In this document: piece after piece, positions 42,001 through 55,600 of the stretch | How the letters are laid out: each line of letters starts with the position of its first letter | Position numbering within the stretch: position 1 is the stretch's first letter | Source: Bugula neritina | Lineage: Eukaryota; Animalia; Bryozoa | Length of the DNA stretch: 64,000 nt | Assembly: GCA_964035545.1 (NCBI GenBank) | Contig: OZ037768.1 | Span: 21,435,700 to 21,499,699, forward strand | Reading direction: 5' to 3' | The notes under the pieces: model-generated | Told to the model about the DNA's origin: nothing | Seen by the model: the letters and a program-made list of their open reading frames with translations, nothing else | Databases searched by the model: none | Position numbers and translations under genes: made by a program

Positions 42001-45000
42001 ACTTGATATAGTTTTAGCTGTTAAATATATTATACACCCAGCAACTAAAATAGTCTTGTAGAAGACAGTTATAGGAAACATAACCATGTTTAGTTGAAAG
42101 GAAACAAACAGTCATTGGTCTGAAACCATCAGCATTGTTTTAATGTTTTTTTATGCAGTAAAAATATTCACTGATGAAAGAAGGGAATCACAATTAGTTG
42201 CTCATGTCTTTAAATAATAAAAATTAAGTGCTTTCAAACCCTAACAGACATGACTTATATTTCCTATAGATAATTTGTAGTAAATACTTCTATAAAGGTT
42301 CAAAATTTTATTTAGCTAATTCTCCTACAATTAACAATGTCAATGCATTTATTGTGTTAGCAAGTTAAAAGCAAAAAGACATCCATTTTCTTGCTACCAT
42401 CATCAGAATAATATATTTGTTACTCAACAAATGGTATAACAATGAATAGCCTAGAACTTGCCAGAAATCATTTGATTTCCTTACAACTACATTTGCTTTT
42501 AGCCACCTTAACCGGCTGATTTCTGATTGGTCATTCTTTAAATATTTTAAATGATTTCTAAGTGAATAATACTTTGGATAATATTCTAAGTATAGTGATG
42601 TTTTAGTTGGATGTCATTTTGGGGAACCTAAATGGTGAACATTTAATGGGTGAGGTGATATAGTCATAACTGACAGGAGATTAGACAAAGTGCTGGAAGT
42701 GGGTGGAATCCCACCAGACAGGGAGAGCTTGACACCAGCCAGTGAGTCATTTACCATCTCAAACATGCAGCAGCACAGGCAGCAGCTGAGGCAGCAGATA
42801 AACTAGAAGCGGGTTCAGCACTAGAGAATTTACAATAAGCCTGTGTGTGTCCTATAAGTGAGACAAGTGGAAATTGCAAAACTGAAGTCTACATGTACAG
42901 TGTAGTGATCAGATTACCCAGCAATTCCAGTTGTGTAATGGTTAGCTCGCCTGCTTGCAAGCCTGAGGTTTTGAGTTCGAATCCCAGTGGGGCGATTTTT
43001 TTCATATATAAAGATTTGAAGAGCTTAGACTACTGAGGATGCTTTGTTGAAAGTTACTAGCAACTAGCTAAAGCACAGGCAAAATCAAGAGAAGTATTGA
43101 GTGGTGTTGATGATACAGTGCTGGTGTTGAGTGACTGGATGGCAGCTAGTAACAAGTACTTGTCAAATTAACTGAGATGACACACTCAGAGGGCAAAATA
43201 TACTATTATAACAATCTGCTTTGATCCTAGAGACATTAATTTCAAACTAAACCAGAGTGAAGTAGAGATGTGATAATGGGCAGCTGCTATGACCACTTCT
43301 TTAGAGAGTTAAACCACATATCTAGAGAGCTCAGCTGTGAGGTGGTCTATACTGGCACTACTTTCTGGTACAGATATTTCATTGGGCTATCTACTCTATA
43401 CTCTATAGCTACGTAGAGAAAACAGACTACTTCTACAGAAAACCAGCATTTATTCAGTTTCCATGGGAACAACAATCAGGTGAACTGGTTCATAGAAACA
43501 GTAGGAGATACTTGGTATTAGAAAAGGGCTCTTTTGAAATCATGAATTTTAACCAAATTCCAAATCTCTAAGCCATGCGGATGCAGACCTTCTCTAGCTC
43601 CAAGTTTCAATAAGTAGTGTAGCAGGTTTAAATGATATTCTGAAAACTATGCAAATGGGAACAACAGCTTCTTTGCTATTGAAATTTCAGGATCCAACCG
43701 AAAAATCTTCTTAAAAGCTGCTTGATGAATTGATACTTAAACCAATAATAGTTTATTAATCAACTTAAAGTGATCAACCAATATTAGTTATTAGCTCACA
43801 TTTTGAAGACAAGGGAAATTCTCTATGATTACATTTGGAAAACTTTTTTATCAAAACAGTTTTTAACATTTCTTTATTTATCGAACAACTTAAATGTTGA
43901 AAGAAAACATGTTTTAAAGTAAGTTGCAGATATATTTTAGTTCTTGAGTTTATATGAAAAATATCCCCAAATCAAAAGATCTGTTAAAGGAAGAAATCAT
44001 CAATAAAAACTTTTAGTTTATAGATGACTTAAACCCCATGCTTTATACAAAATTACAGTGACAACTTCTGTATAGGAATAAAAAGCAATTAGTCCGCTTT
44101 TAGAGCAACTAGCAAGCAAGGAGAGGGACAGAGTTGCAGAGCTGAAGGTCAAGTGGGGGTCACTCTTAGACTAAGTACTCACTGGCTGATGGTCGTAGTG
44201 GGACAGCACCTATAGAAGGATTAGTGAATTATGAAAAAATTATTTAGTAAATTTATTTTTTGTGAGGCAATCAAGCTGTGCTAACATCTATCTGTATGTT
44301 ATGTGTTCAGTGACAAACTATGCCAGCTAACAGTTGATTATTCTCTGCAGTATCATATGTAATTAAAATTTCAGCTAATGCTTGGTTTCTTAACTCTAAG
44401 AGTAAGGTAACAAATCACATTTCTTAAACTGAGAAAACTGCCTTCTATAGAAGCTAAGATGTACAAGCATGGGCGGTGATTCGATGCCTAAACACCACCT
44501 TGTAAACTTGACTTCAAACATTAATATTAATGTCGTAGTTATAGTCATGTTTACAACACCATGTGATCACTATCCTACCTTTTCTAGCAGAGAAAACTCA
44601 GCCATCTATGTAGATGTGTTTGTGTGACAAAGAAGGTAGTTATCTGGTAGCTAAGCTGACAAGCTCATAAGCATGCAAGCTGCAGTCTATGATTGTAATA
44701 TTACTTTCTAAGAATATTATATTACGATAGTCTAGGACTATGATACTCCAGTCTAAGACTGTGATACTCCAGTTGCTATCAGTATTTATGACTAATATAT
44801 CTGCTAAACCGAATGCTATACATGCAATTTTAGCCATTTCAAAACAACATAAACTTCACACAGCTGGTTTGCCTAATGTGTTAACATTAACACCAACATC
44901 ATAGACATAACCAATAACGAAAATCCAATTACTAGGTGCTGCCTGTTCAAAAATTAATTATCATTCCTAAGGCCTCTGGGCAAGAATCAGAATGAAAAAG

Positions 45001-45104
45001 TGAGAGTTCGCTTTTAACCTGTCCTATAAGTGAAGTATGCCATAAAATAACTTACCTATAGTGACTAGAGTCAGTATCAACTGTATAAAAAGGTAAGACT
45101 TCAT
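30096..45104 (-). CDS. MTTP: Microsomal triglyceride transfer protein large subunit
   Basis: Signal exon 45104-45056 (CACC-ATG; MKSYLFIQLILTLVTIG, donor GTAAGT), then 41790-41606, 40366-40299, 39867-39723, 39384-39268, 38638-38499, 37989-37901, ~36980-36910, 36510-36356, 36018-35856, 35316-35205, 34611-34394, 33865-33648, 33266-33168, 32470-32351, 31897-31695, 31509-31356, 30943-30769, 30241-30096. Motifs: ANIKKGIISMLQ, EVDASGECDVEY, PQLLDIAAATQT, FSSHPRESLL, RALRNARL, YAQGLESFV, DVLVRPVEFF, KENSRQC. Confidence 0.92.
30470..30690. repeat. Degenerate (CACTTA/TACAC)-rich minisatellite in the last MTTP intron
   Basis: Repeated ACTTACAC / ATTCATTACACTGCACTTACACATG units. Confidence 0.8.
32647..32742 (-). 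mobile_element. tRNA-derived dispersed repeat, copy 3
   Basis: Reverse complement: GTCTCTGTGGTGTAATGGTTAGCACACTTGCTTGCAAGCCGAAGGTCTTGGGTTCGATTCCCAGTGGGGGCA. Confidence 0.78.
35700..35862. repeat. 34-bp minisatellite (~4.8 copies) spanning an MTTP 5' splice site
   Basis: Unit GTGA(T/C)ACATAGAAACTGACCAATAAAGCAAGGAG, near-identical copies. Confidence 0.95.
36070..36320. repeat. Compound trinucleotide microsatellite (GCA/GTA/GGT) in an MTTP intron
   Basis: Direct inspection. Confidence 0.9.
42901..42993 (+). mobile_element. tRNA-derived dispersed repeat, copy 4
   Basis: TGTAGTGATCAGATTACCCAG...GTGTAATGGTTAGCTCGCCTGCTTGCAAGCCTGAGGTTTTGAGTTCGAATCCCAGTGGGGCG. Confidence 0.75.
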
Positions 45105-45236
45105 GGTGAAATCCCTGATCCAATGAAGAGAATGAACTAAAGCTAACCGGTGTTACCCTGCAAAGTAGTTGTTACTAGTACACACTTGTCATAACAAGTC
45201 ATACGATAGCAATCATCTGATGAGACAGCTAAACTA

Positions 45237-45366
45237 TGACCTTTGAACTTTGATTACTACACTGCACAGTTGGCATTGTTCAAGTGGCTACAGATAAGTG
45301 TTGAAAGGTCGCTAGAGAAGTAAACAAATCAGGGCTGTGTGCAAACAAGATTATCTTTCTTATCTA
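45237..45366 (-). promoter_or_regulatory. Putative MTTP promoter: DR1/HNF4 element plus GATA sites
   Basis: TGACCTTTGAACTTTG at 45237-45252 (reverse complement CAAAGTTCAAAGGTCA), ~130 nt upstream of the ATG; AGATAA ~45292; TTATCT ~45351 and ~45360. Confidence 0.55.
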
Positions 45367-47318
45367 TATGGTGAGCTGCATTGAGGGATTACATAATGCC
45401 CCAAAGATACGGCAAGACAGCGAAATAGAATGCTGTCCCCTTTTAGTTGACTTTTCTAGGCCTTTCATGATATGTATGTACTATATAAGAATCTCTGACA
45501 CACTTCATTTATGCAGCAATAGACTATCTTGGCTATCATCTATAGATTGTTTGCCCAAATAATTTTCTTTTTAATGAACTCTGTGGTCAGGATGATGGAT
45601 TTTCGTTCAGCTCTGAAGTCCATGATATTATAAAACTAATACTAATTATACTCTCATTGAATTCGATTTTTAGCTGCTGAAACATACAGCTTAATCACTG
45701 AGCTGGTTTCAAAGTTTAAATTTTGAACTTTACCTATCAGAGGCCCAGTTTGAAGTATTGCTATCTGGAGTATGAGAAGTTTTCTGCGTGGAACGACAAC
45801 CAACCCATTCCATAAATGAAAAATAGAAATCTGAGTTAGCTTTTCCTTACAACAGGGGTAGTAATAGACCCTATCCTAATGCCTCTACATTAGCATATCT
45901 ATCATTGCTAAACAAGGCAAGGAGGGGGGCACCCTAGGCCAACCTTATATCATACCACATATGCCTTCCGAGCTCTACCATTGCGTAGAAGTTACACAAT
46001 AGATATATACTTATTACCTATGCCCTATATACTGTATAATCTATTCACAGAACATATACTATTGACTAGCTAAAGATCAAAATGCATATAGTATGCTTTT
46101 TTGAACTCTGGTCCAACATCTACTAACTGAAAACTTGTGTGATTAATCACTCTTGTTTGGACTTTACTCCTTAGTTTCAAGGTTCAGTAGATTCATAAGA
46201 TTATGTCTATAGCCATGTGCTGTATCACTACATCACGTTGAAGCTACTGAATGCCTATAGAACTTTCTAGATACTTTCCACTAATCTTACTTGAGCGTTT
46301 CCCTTTTTAGTTTTGGGGTAAGAAATTAATGTGAAATATCCATGATTTTATCTGAAACTTATCTAAGCCCTTTTTGGCTGCAGTCCAGCAAAGCAAAAGA
46401 TTAGCCCTAGAACCTGTAATCATTTACAATGCTTGATGAGGCTAGTAGAGCTTCGTCACTTATCTCATTATGAGTGAAATATGATTTCTAAGGTTAGGCT
46501 AGCAAGGAAATCTAAATTTACAAGCAACAACAGGAATAAAATACCAGCTGAGCATTAAATTAAATTAAATATTGCCCACTTTGCAAATATTTGCATAGCA
46601 TTATAAAATTTGATATAACTTGGATTTGAATTCAAAATGGTTACTATCACATTGTTCAATATATTATTATATATCGTATATCATCTTAACACATATACTT
46701 TTTAAGTATTAAATTACTACTATAAACTACTATGTAAATTATTTATATTGTGCTCATTCTAGACTCATTATGTTATAGTTGAGAAATATTATTAATATTG
46801 TAGACTTTACTTACAAAAATGTAGTGTAGCTACAGTAGATATATTATGAAATTCAATGTTTTTTAGCACCCATAATGCCAGAACATGGAACTAAGTCTAT
46901 TACCTAATCTGCAGTAGTGTATTACAGGCTTTTAAAGGCTATGGACAGATAACTCCCATAGCTAAGTCTAAACTCTGGCATAAAAATATTACAATTATTT
47001 CACAGATAAAAAATATGAGAAATTTATGGTGATTTGTGTCTTTGTATGATATTTATTTAGCTAAAACTTGATTACAAGAAACATTCTAACAAGAATTTTG
47101 ATAACAGAAAACATGGAACCAGAATGCAACAGATAGTGATGACATTGAGAAAGCAGCACACAGTAATGTAAACCAAATAGACTGAGCTCTTAGAAAGACT
47201 AACACTAAAGTGAGGGGCTATACACCTGCCCCAGACAAACAGTAATGCAGAAGAAATGTTTGACTAAGCAGAGTCAGCATCTAGTGTGAAGTGATGACTT
47301 GGAAAATGGGGGCGGAGA

Positions 47319-50300
47319 CTATTTCTTCAGAATCTTCTTGTTGATGGAGTAGCAGCTGAAATCTGGAGAGGAGTTCTAAAAATAGAAATTACAATAAAAA
47401 AGTAAAAAGCTGGAATATATTATATTATGATGTAATGTAAGAACTAACAATATTGATTACTTTATATTGCTTTGTTTCAATTGCTTTGAAGGTTTGTTTT
47501 ATCACTAATTGTGGTTGTGTTATGGTTACTTTGTAAATATTGAAACAGAATAGAGAGCTGGCTAATTGCAATATCTCAAAATAATACACAATATATTTCT
47601 ATGGATGCCTGGAGGTAGCCATTAGAAATATCAGTTTTAGATATCAACTTTTTATTAATAAAAATTTCATCAAAACTATTTATTATGCTTCTTTCAATAA
47701 ACTTTTATAATTTTTGTATTTATAAATATAATTTAAAACATGCCTTGCTCTTTGCATTGTTGGTGTTTCTTCCTGTAGCTTTTTTCTCCCCGATTTCGTT
47801 TTCTGCGCCAAGAGATTTTTTCTTTTGTGATTTTGAGATAACCTCACCTTCTGCAATAAATAGAGAACGCAATAAATTAGCTGGTAACATGCATATATAT
47901 ACCTTTATTTAGCTTCTACTGGTATATGTTTATGTTATACAGTTTATACAACGTGATTGCATTTGATATTATACAAATTATATAGAAAAGTATGATTTGC
48001 ATCAGTATTTTAGAATATCTTAACTAATAACTGGCTGATAAGGATCTTTCCATTTTTGAAGAGTTGCAGCATAGAGAAAGCAACTTCAAACAAATGTTAG
48101 AGGACAAATTGAGTTACAACTTTTTTGACATGAAAACCTTGTAAAAAGATATTGCAGTAGCAGTAACACTAGTTAGTACTACAACATGCAGAATGCTATC
48201 TCCAATAAAGTCAATTTAATGCAATTTCAACATTTTAAACCACAAATGAAATAGAATATAAATTTTTCAGAATACTATATATGTTATTATCAAAGTTTAA
48301 TGTAATCTCTTTTAAAATTACGGTTTGCAAAATACCATTACACTAAAAGAGAACTAGAAGGACAATACCTCCAGAGTGAGCTCTTGAACACTTCAAGACT
48401 TTCGAATCATCCTTCCCAATCTGCAAGCCTTTAAACAGAGCTTTACACTTGCTGATTGCTGAAATATTCATTTCATTTGCATTGTTGTTCTTCTGTGACA
48501 GCGTGATAGCATCTACTGATTCCGTAGCCTCGTTCTGACTTGGTAAAGACTCATGGCTGTCCTTGCCTTCTATTGTAGTGGAACTGTTGTTTTTATTCTT
48601 CTTTTCTTTTGCTTTTTCTTCAGCAGGTTTTTTAGAAGTTGATGGTTTCGTCTGTTCTAACTCCTGTACATCCGATCTACAAAATGCCGCGTGGTTTAGA
48701 TCAGTTTCCAGCACAAAGTTGTCACCATTGGAGCATAATTCAAACAAAATACACCCTTTTGCCATCTGGTACTGTTTAAATAATTTAAAAAGCTTGAGTA
48801 AAAAGTATTAAGCCCAACTAACATAGTGTTTTGTACACTGTATAAATATATTCTACCAGGAAGAGCTATGTCAAATAGTATATTTGATAGATAATTAGAG
48901 TATCATTCAACTTTTTACTGCACGTATTTATGCAACCATTTTGCTTTCTAATATCACAAAACTAATATATTTCTAACGCATGTATGTCAGTAAGTTGATG
49001 GAAGAAGTAGGTTGGCTGAAGAGATTTAACAATAAACTGTAAAGATACTTTCCCTTAAATCTTCAGCAGAAGTAAACAAAGCTGTAGTCTTCAGGAACCA
49101 CAACTCCCATTACAACAACTGAAGGCACAACAATGCTGTAGACTGAAGCTGTATGTCGTCAATTAGCAGAAATATATTACAGTTGGCTGATTAATAAATG
49201 CTTAACTAATGTCATTTGCTTACTAACCTCATTTCATACGCATATGATTTTCTACTATCAGACAATGAAATGTCTGCAGCAGGAAATATAAACAAGTTTT
49301 AAAAGACTCACGCTTTGATTTCATGTAGAGATCCGTGCCACACGTCATCAACCTCTTCGTCTTCTTCAGATTCATCGGGTAGGGGACGTAGAACAAAGTC
49401 ATGGGTGGGTATGCTAGACCTCCTTCTTCCTCTCTCGTTTTCATTGAAAGGAGCCATGGCTACAGAGGCTATGTTAGCATCTGATAGAATGCTGAGTCGT
49501 CTACCCACCTCCTTCTCAGTGGCACCAACGATTCCTTCCACCTGGAATACAGGGGAGATTATAATAACTAAGAAAACACAGAGGAGATATAGATAGGGTG
49601 GAGAAATAATTAGAACTGGGAAAGTAATGTTTAATGCAGCTGGAAGTCAACACCATATTAACTTCTTTTGATTTTAAACTCATATTTATACAAAAAATAG
49701 CAAACCATTCAAGTTATTCATAACATTTTTACGTTCGAGGTCAAATTAAACTCAACAGGTGATTTTAAAATTAGATGCTACGCTGTTGGAACCCTCAAAG
49801 CAAATTTAAACACTTTTCACAGTTCAAATATTCACTGTAGACTAACTTTTGATAAATCCGGGTTCACCAAACTCTTGTAGGAATATCTTTTCAATCCATC
49901 GGGTTTGACGGAGATACCGGCCAGCGTCTCGGAAAGGAACTCGCTGCTCACTTGAAGAGGTCGTTTACCCAGCATGCCGTGCAGTTCCACGTCCTTCACA
50001 GGCTCTGTCTCGGGCTCATTCCGGTGAAACGCTTGTCCTAACGAGAGAGAAACACTGTAAGCCAACAGACTAATACTAGAGCACTGATACTTGATATTAT
50101 CTATACCTTATACGCTCTATTCTGTTGAACCAAAGATACATTTGTGATTGTTGGGCAGTAATCCATTTGAACATCTTTATTTGAGTGTTATATATGTAAG
50201 AAAAGGGCAAAAAAAATTTGATAACTTTAATTGTGTTTATCATTTCAAATTAAACCAAGGAACACATTTAAAGCTTCAAATAAACTTCACCAAAAGTAGC

Positions 50301-52594
50301 TCTAAACACATTATCCTAATAAGCTGGTGAGAAGTATGAGATATTTATATTATAAGGTATTAAATATGTTGACTTCACAGGATTGGAGAGTGACCTTGTA
50401 GTTCAAAACATTCTTCAACTAGTTGCTACATAAATACTGCTTACAACTTGCTGTGTGATAGTGTTGTAGCAACAACTGCATTATATCATACGCTATGTTG
50501 TTATAGAGAGCTGAAATGTGAGAATATTTCATATCAAGTAACATACAGCACAGCAGAAGGCTGTAAGGTACTATATCCAAGATAATGCATTGTGCTATAT
50601 CATGGTGCATCACAATGCAAACACCTTATATTCAGAAAAATTCACATTTCTCAACTTAATTTAAATACATTAAAATGCATTACAGTTAATAGTAAATGTA
50701 GGTGCGGTAATGGAGAAACTGCGAAAAACCTGTTTTCTATAGAAATGTAGCAAAAAAGTTATGTTCTCATGAGAATTTCAGCCAGTGCTCCAAACCAAAA
50801 TTAATTAAGCAAATTAAAGAACTTAGGCTATCTTAATTTCTCCACTTCTGTCCCTAAATGGATTCAAACATGATTACAATTACTGCTATAAAAACAAGCT
50901 AATAGCCAGCAATGAGTATAACTGAGACATACCTAACGAGTGAGATAGCATATCAATCTCCTCTCTACTGAACTGTCCATTCTCGAGTCCATTAATTACT
51001 ATATTCAATGCGTGTTTCAAATCTCTTTTAGCTTGGTCAGCGGTAGACTGGGGCATTTTCTCTGGCTGATCTTCTACATTTGATTTTACTAAATCAGATT
51101 GGGTTAATATTTAGGTAAAGAATTTAAAGTATTTTAGATGGAATTTGTGCAAAATATTCAAGAACAAAAAATATTGTTCAGAATATTTAGTAGTAATTTA
51201 CAATGGATAAATTCATTGTAATCATCTGTATTATAATATTATATAACATAAAATTATAAAAATTTTCAGGAAATGCTGCTAGAAAAAGTTAACTTTTCTT
51301 GAGTGTGGCCTGGGAAATTAGTAAGAGCAGGCAAAATAATATAAATTTAGACAAAACATGAGATCTAAAAATGCTAAAATTGTCAAACTAAGAAGCAACC
51401 AACATTTTAGTTGCTATACATTGAAACAAAAATCCACACATAAAATATTAAAACTGATGTTACGTCAGAGAAGAACATTAACACATATTTATAATATATT
51501 CCAACATTTTAATTCAAATTAATGTCGGGCCAAGTACACTTTAGCAACTTTAACACAGCTTCAAACTTCACATTTTAGTCTTTAGTTTTACAAAAATTGC
51601 ACAAAATTTGAAACTTTTAAAAGCTTGAAAATCTACAAGAAAAAACAATCAAATTTCGTAAAAACTTTACCCACTCAGTTTTGGCAGCTTTTAGATAGAA
51701 AGTTATATCATTAAACTAAAATATTAAAAGTATCTCAGAGAAACACACTTGAGTTGAAATGAGCACAAAGGTGACTAACTACATACTGGGGTTGTTTGAG
51801 GCAGCAGTGGAGTAGGTTTGAGCGGCAGCACCAGTCTGTGCTGGAGTGTTGACTAGGATTTTTATGGCTGTCAACATTTGACTTAGACTCTGTTCCAGGT
51901 TTAATTTCTCAGCTGTAGGAGACTGAGCCGTAGCTGTAGTAGATTGCCCCGCATTATCACGACAGTCTGAGATGTTGTAGAGAATATCTGATAGTGTTTG
52001 CAGTTGACTGTCCGTAAAACTATAACATTCCACAGAAATAGTATAATACAGTGACTACACTATATCAGTATAATACAGTGCGTACATTATATTAGTTCCC
52101 ATCTACCATTCCATTTCAGCAGGTTTAAGTATGTGGAAAAAAATTTCATTTTCTATTTAATTTGTCTAATTTTTCTCATTGCTGATTGGTTTATGATGTA
52201 TTTACGGCAAATGATTAATTTAAAGTGTGCATACATTATTTTTAACTCAATCAAATGAAAGCATATTTTTCTACCAAGAACTGCTTGTAAGAGAGGCAAA
52301 TAAATTTCACTTCTACCCCGAAAAATGGGTAAAAGGTTTCACACTACTATTTAATTGCAATGCTACAACATACAGCCCTTTGTTGAGATGGGCATCTAGT
52401 CTTGCCATTGCATCTTTGTTCAGTTCTGTGAGGAGGTAGGTTCTACGTGATACTCCTGGTTTGTCATTGGCTAGTTTCACCTGAGGCTTTTTCACAACAT
52501 TAACTTTGGCAGTGGTAACCATAGCAACATCTTCTGGCTGCTCTGTTGCATCAGCAGCACACACCTGGTCTGCGTTGGATAAGTTATAGGTAGA

Positions 52595-52628
<34 letters not shown>

Positions 52629-55600
52629 GTACATACATACATACATATATATATATATAGAGTTGTATATATATGATAAGGTTGTAGGCAGCTGTTCCCT
52701 GCGTTTCCATTGCTTCGAATGGATCCAAACGATGAATTGGTGGCTGTGGTTTGCACAAACTTATGGCTGAGGTTTCATTCAATGCAACTGTTTCCCAAAC
52801 ACCGAATGAAACATCCATTGGATTGATGCCAAGAAATAGAAACATAGCTATTGGGTGAACCAGCTTTTCATAATGGTTAGAAATCAACCAACTTGCACTT
52901 TTCACAAAAGTAACAAGAATACAGCTGTTAGAAAAAGTGAAGATAGTAACGCATCTATTCCATATTAAAAGTTCTAGGCAGTTTTATGTTATTTATAAGT
53001 TTTAGGTAGTTCTATGTGATAGGTAATCAAGACAACCCTTCAAAAATTAGACTTAGATCATTAGCTAAACTATTTTATATTACCTGACGTGGCAGAAACG
53101 TCTTTCTCTACTGAAGGTTTCTTCAAGATGCTGAAGCGAGCTATCCTATCGGGCTCCACCACTTTTACCACCAGACCATCTAATTGAAATTACATGTTAG
53201 CATGAAAATGTCTCCAGTTTTAAAAGAATATAGTGTCTGTCACTTTATTGTGGAAAGTTACATTGCAACCATTTATCAAAATACTTAGTGAATATCCTCA
53301 TGGCAAAATATTCACAACTACTTCAAGCTGACTGCCAATAAATGATCAGGTTTTATTGCTGAAAATTCTTTATAACTACCAAATAATGGTTGAGTAATAG
53401 CCATTCGGTATAGTGTTATAAAGTCAAATTTTAGGACCACAGTCTAAGCTGCAAACATATGATATAGAATGGAAGACTGCAAAACAGCATTAAAAGGTAT
53501 GCCACTTAACTTTGAGTTATATTATTTATTTACAAAACAATTTTGTATTGTGTAAAAATTCTAATTTGATACAATACACAGATATTATGCAGGAAAGAAT
53601 CAGAAAGTTTAAAGTTTTTGTATAATTGAAAGACATTTATAACATAGAAATTGTTGATAGGAGGTATAGATATGAAGTGTGGTAGTAATATCATGTACCT
53701 ATCTGCATCAATTATTAAGTCTATCATAAAGGCAACATTTGCAAATTTATTACACACATAGCAAAGTATCACATTTGACGAGAAAACATACACATTTCTT
53801 TAGAAACATACTTGGCATGCACGCAGAAAAATCACTCTAGTGATAGCTAGAATCACAGCAATACTTGGTATAAAGTCACTAATCATCATCAAGTTCTGAT
53901 AAATAAGCACAAATTATTTGAAATACTAAATATTGAATATATTGTTTTGTAAGACACGCAGACACACATGATAAGCTTACCAATTGATGATTGGCCCTTT
54001 TTTGATGTAACTCCTAAAATTGAAATTTAGCTCCATTATATAATGTACATCTATTGTTTTGATAACACTCAACAATACAAATATGTCCAATAAACTCATA
54101 GCAACTTACCCTTGTCGTCTTTTTTATCGCTAGTTGGATTGAGTAAAAAATTTAAAACTTTTACGACAACCAGAGATGAGTCATCTGAAGACATCGAATC
54201 CTTTTCTAGTGCTTTTAGCATAAATATCAGCTCTGCTCCTTGAGTTTTCAATATGTTAACACCAATTTTCAGTTGCTGTGGTAGCGCAGTAGCTCCACAA
54301 TTTTGAAGCATGTCGTTGAGAGAACCGTGTATTTCGATTGATTGAATAGTTCCGCTCCGTAATCCGTCAACTATCCGTTTCAAAGAATTAACAATGAAGT
54401 TATGAGTAGAAGAATGAGGGGAAGGTAGAAGAGAAAGCAAGTGTTCAGTTGAATTTGAGGTCTTGTCACTATCATGATTCACTGCTACACACATGGCCAG
54501 AATGAGTATCTCATACATGTAGCTACTAACGTCACCATATTGCATTAGCATGCACATTTGATTCAACCTCGCTATGTCCACCTGTCCATTGCTGGACAAA
54601 AGCAGCTCATCAACAAAATCTAAAACCATTGCGTCATTCAGCAGTACTCCAGTAGCAAAACTTGTAACAATGCTAGATGCTTTGCCTTGTTTTAGTGTCA
54701 AGTTTACTGCACTAGCTCTTCTTAGATCGGTAGAGTTTGTGACTACACTGGTTAAGGTTTGCAAGTCATTCAGGTTAAGTACACCATCTTTGATACCGTG
54801 CAGCGTCAACTGCATGGCCTCATAGATTACAGCTGCTGCTCGACTATCCAGCTTTGCAATTGAGAACACCGAGAGAGGTTCTGTACGTAGCCATTCGTAT
54901 GCAACAAAAATACTCACTAGCAATAGAATCAAATCATATTCGTATAAAGCGAGATTGAATGTTTTTAAGTCAAGGATAGTCCTTTCTAAATGTGCAACGA
55001 TAAAATCAAATCTCGGAATAGAATGAGCAATTCGTCGAATATTTTCAACTTTTGGTTCACATTCAGCAATAGGGCAAACCAAGTTTTTGTAAGTAAGAGA
55101 ATCGTTCTTTGCAAGTTTATCAGGAATTTCAATGAGGTAGCAAACAAAGCACACCAGTGAAATAAGATCGTCTGCACTTGTGTCTTGTTGCTTTAATCGC
55201 TCTAAAGCATCATCTAAAAATTGTATTATCAACTGGGGAGACACCTTTTCATCAATAATTGACAGTCTTTCCGAAAGTTGCTTCTTTGAAGCATCTGATT
55301 GGGTTTTTCCTTTATTTTCCTTCATGTAAAATTCCTGAAGATCAAGAGCATAATCTCCCAATGTTTTGACATCTAGTGGGTCAACAGAATCTTTGCTCTT
55401 TATAACTTTTAATGATTGTTCTAAAAAGTCTATAATGGCATATGGGGAAGATACTGAGTAATTAGTGTTGCTGCTTTCTAGCTTTGATTGCAAGCCAAAT
55501 GGTGGAAGTGAAGATTCTTGCACACGATAAGTTGTGATTGAGTTGGTCAACAACTGGAATTTTCGCAAGCTGAGATTTTCGTTCTGTAGAGTTTGGAGAA

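Noticed and set aside
42620-43400. Purine-rich, coding-looking stretch in MTTP intron 1
   Set aside because: Frames tried are interrupted by stops and give no recognisable product; possibly a decayed repeat, unsupported.
44640-44837. ORF MAKIACIAFG... as the MTTP signal exon
   Set aside because: Built on a small 21-bp tandem repeat with no suitable donor; exon 45104-45056 fits phase, start context and hydrophobicity better.
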